In this document: positions 63,407-64,000 of the stretch, one piece after another
Layout: each line of letters starts with the position of its first letter
How positions within the stretch are numbered: position 1 is the stretch's first letter
DNA from: Euglena gracilis
Lineage: Eukaryota
NCBI GenBank assembly: GCA_039621445.1
Contig: CP154954.1
Coordinates: forward strand, 34,011,737 to 34,075,736
Length of the DNA stretch: 64,000 nt
Direction of reading: 5' to 3'
The notes under the pieces: model-generated
What the model saw: only the letters and a program-made list of their open reading frames with translations
Told to the model about the DNA's origin: nothing
Database searches by the model: none
Position numbers and translations under genes: made by a program

Positions 63407-64000
63407 GATCGCCGACCTCTAGCCGGGGCAGAGCGCTCGTTTTTGGAGCGCCGGCGCAGCCGATTTCGGCCGAAAACGGCCGAAAAATGACGTTTTTCGG
63501 GGTGTTCGTGGTTTACGTGCTATTTTGCGCCTCCCGGGCGGTAACGGCTGCGTTTTACGCACGCCCACCGCGGGCAAAATTGCGCCTATCCGCCCGCCGC
63601 CCTTCGCAACAATTAGAGAAAGGATCGCCGACCTCTAGCTGGGGCAGAGCGCTCGTTTTTGGAGCGCCGGCGCAGCCGATTTCGGCCGAAAACGGCCGAA
63701 AAATGACGTTTTTCGGGGTGTTCGTGGTTTGCGTGCTATTTTGCGCCTCCCGGGCGGTAACGGCTGCGTTTTACGCACGCCCACCGCGGGCAAAATTGCG
63801 CCTACACACTTGCCGCCCTTCGCAACAACTAGGTAAAGGATCGCCGACCTCTAGCCGGGGCAGAGCGCTCGTTTTTGGAGCGCCGGCGCAGCCGATTTCG
63901 GCCGAAAACCGCCGAAAATGACGTTTTTCGGGGAGTTCGTGGTTTACGTGCTATTTTGCGCCTCCCGGGCGGTAACGGCTGCGTTTTACGCATCCCCGCC
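63407..64000. repeat. 216-bp satellite resumes in the same orientation
   Basis: GATCGCCGACCTCTAGCCGGGG onward matches the monomer. Confidence 0.97.

Overview
Eukaryotic repeat-rich DNA with no host genes, RNA genes or CRISPR array. About half the window is a CpG-rich 216-bp tandem satellite (1-573, 12952-43092, 63407-64000). Two insertions interrupt it. (1) A full-length 12.4-kb Ty3/Gypsy LTR retrotransposon (family A, 574-12951) with ~477-bp LTRs, a CCGG target-site duplication, an iMet-type PBS, a PPT and a chromodomain integrase. (2) A ~20-kb nested retroelement island (43093-63406): a truncated zinc-knuckle-Gag element (family B), a small inverted two-LTR non-coding element (C), a second family-A copy lacking its 5' LTR, a B-related LTR and an inverted RT fragment. 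Main finding: the family-A pol frame starts with two DNA methyltransferase domains in tandem, an amino-MTase (Dam-like, NPPF) and a C5-cytosine MTase (LFCG/PC/ENP), ahead of PR-RT-RH-IN-chromodomain. MTase-MTase-protease is a single intact frame in copy 2. All domain calls come from motifs read by eye; no searches were run.
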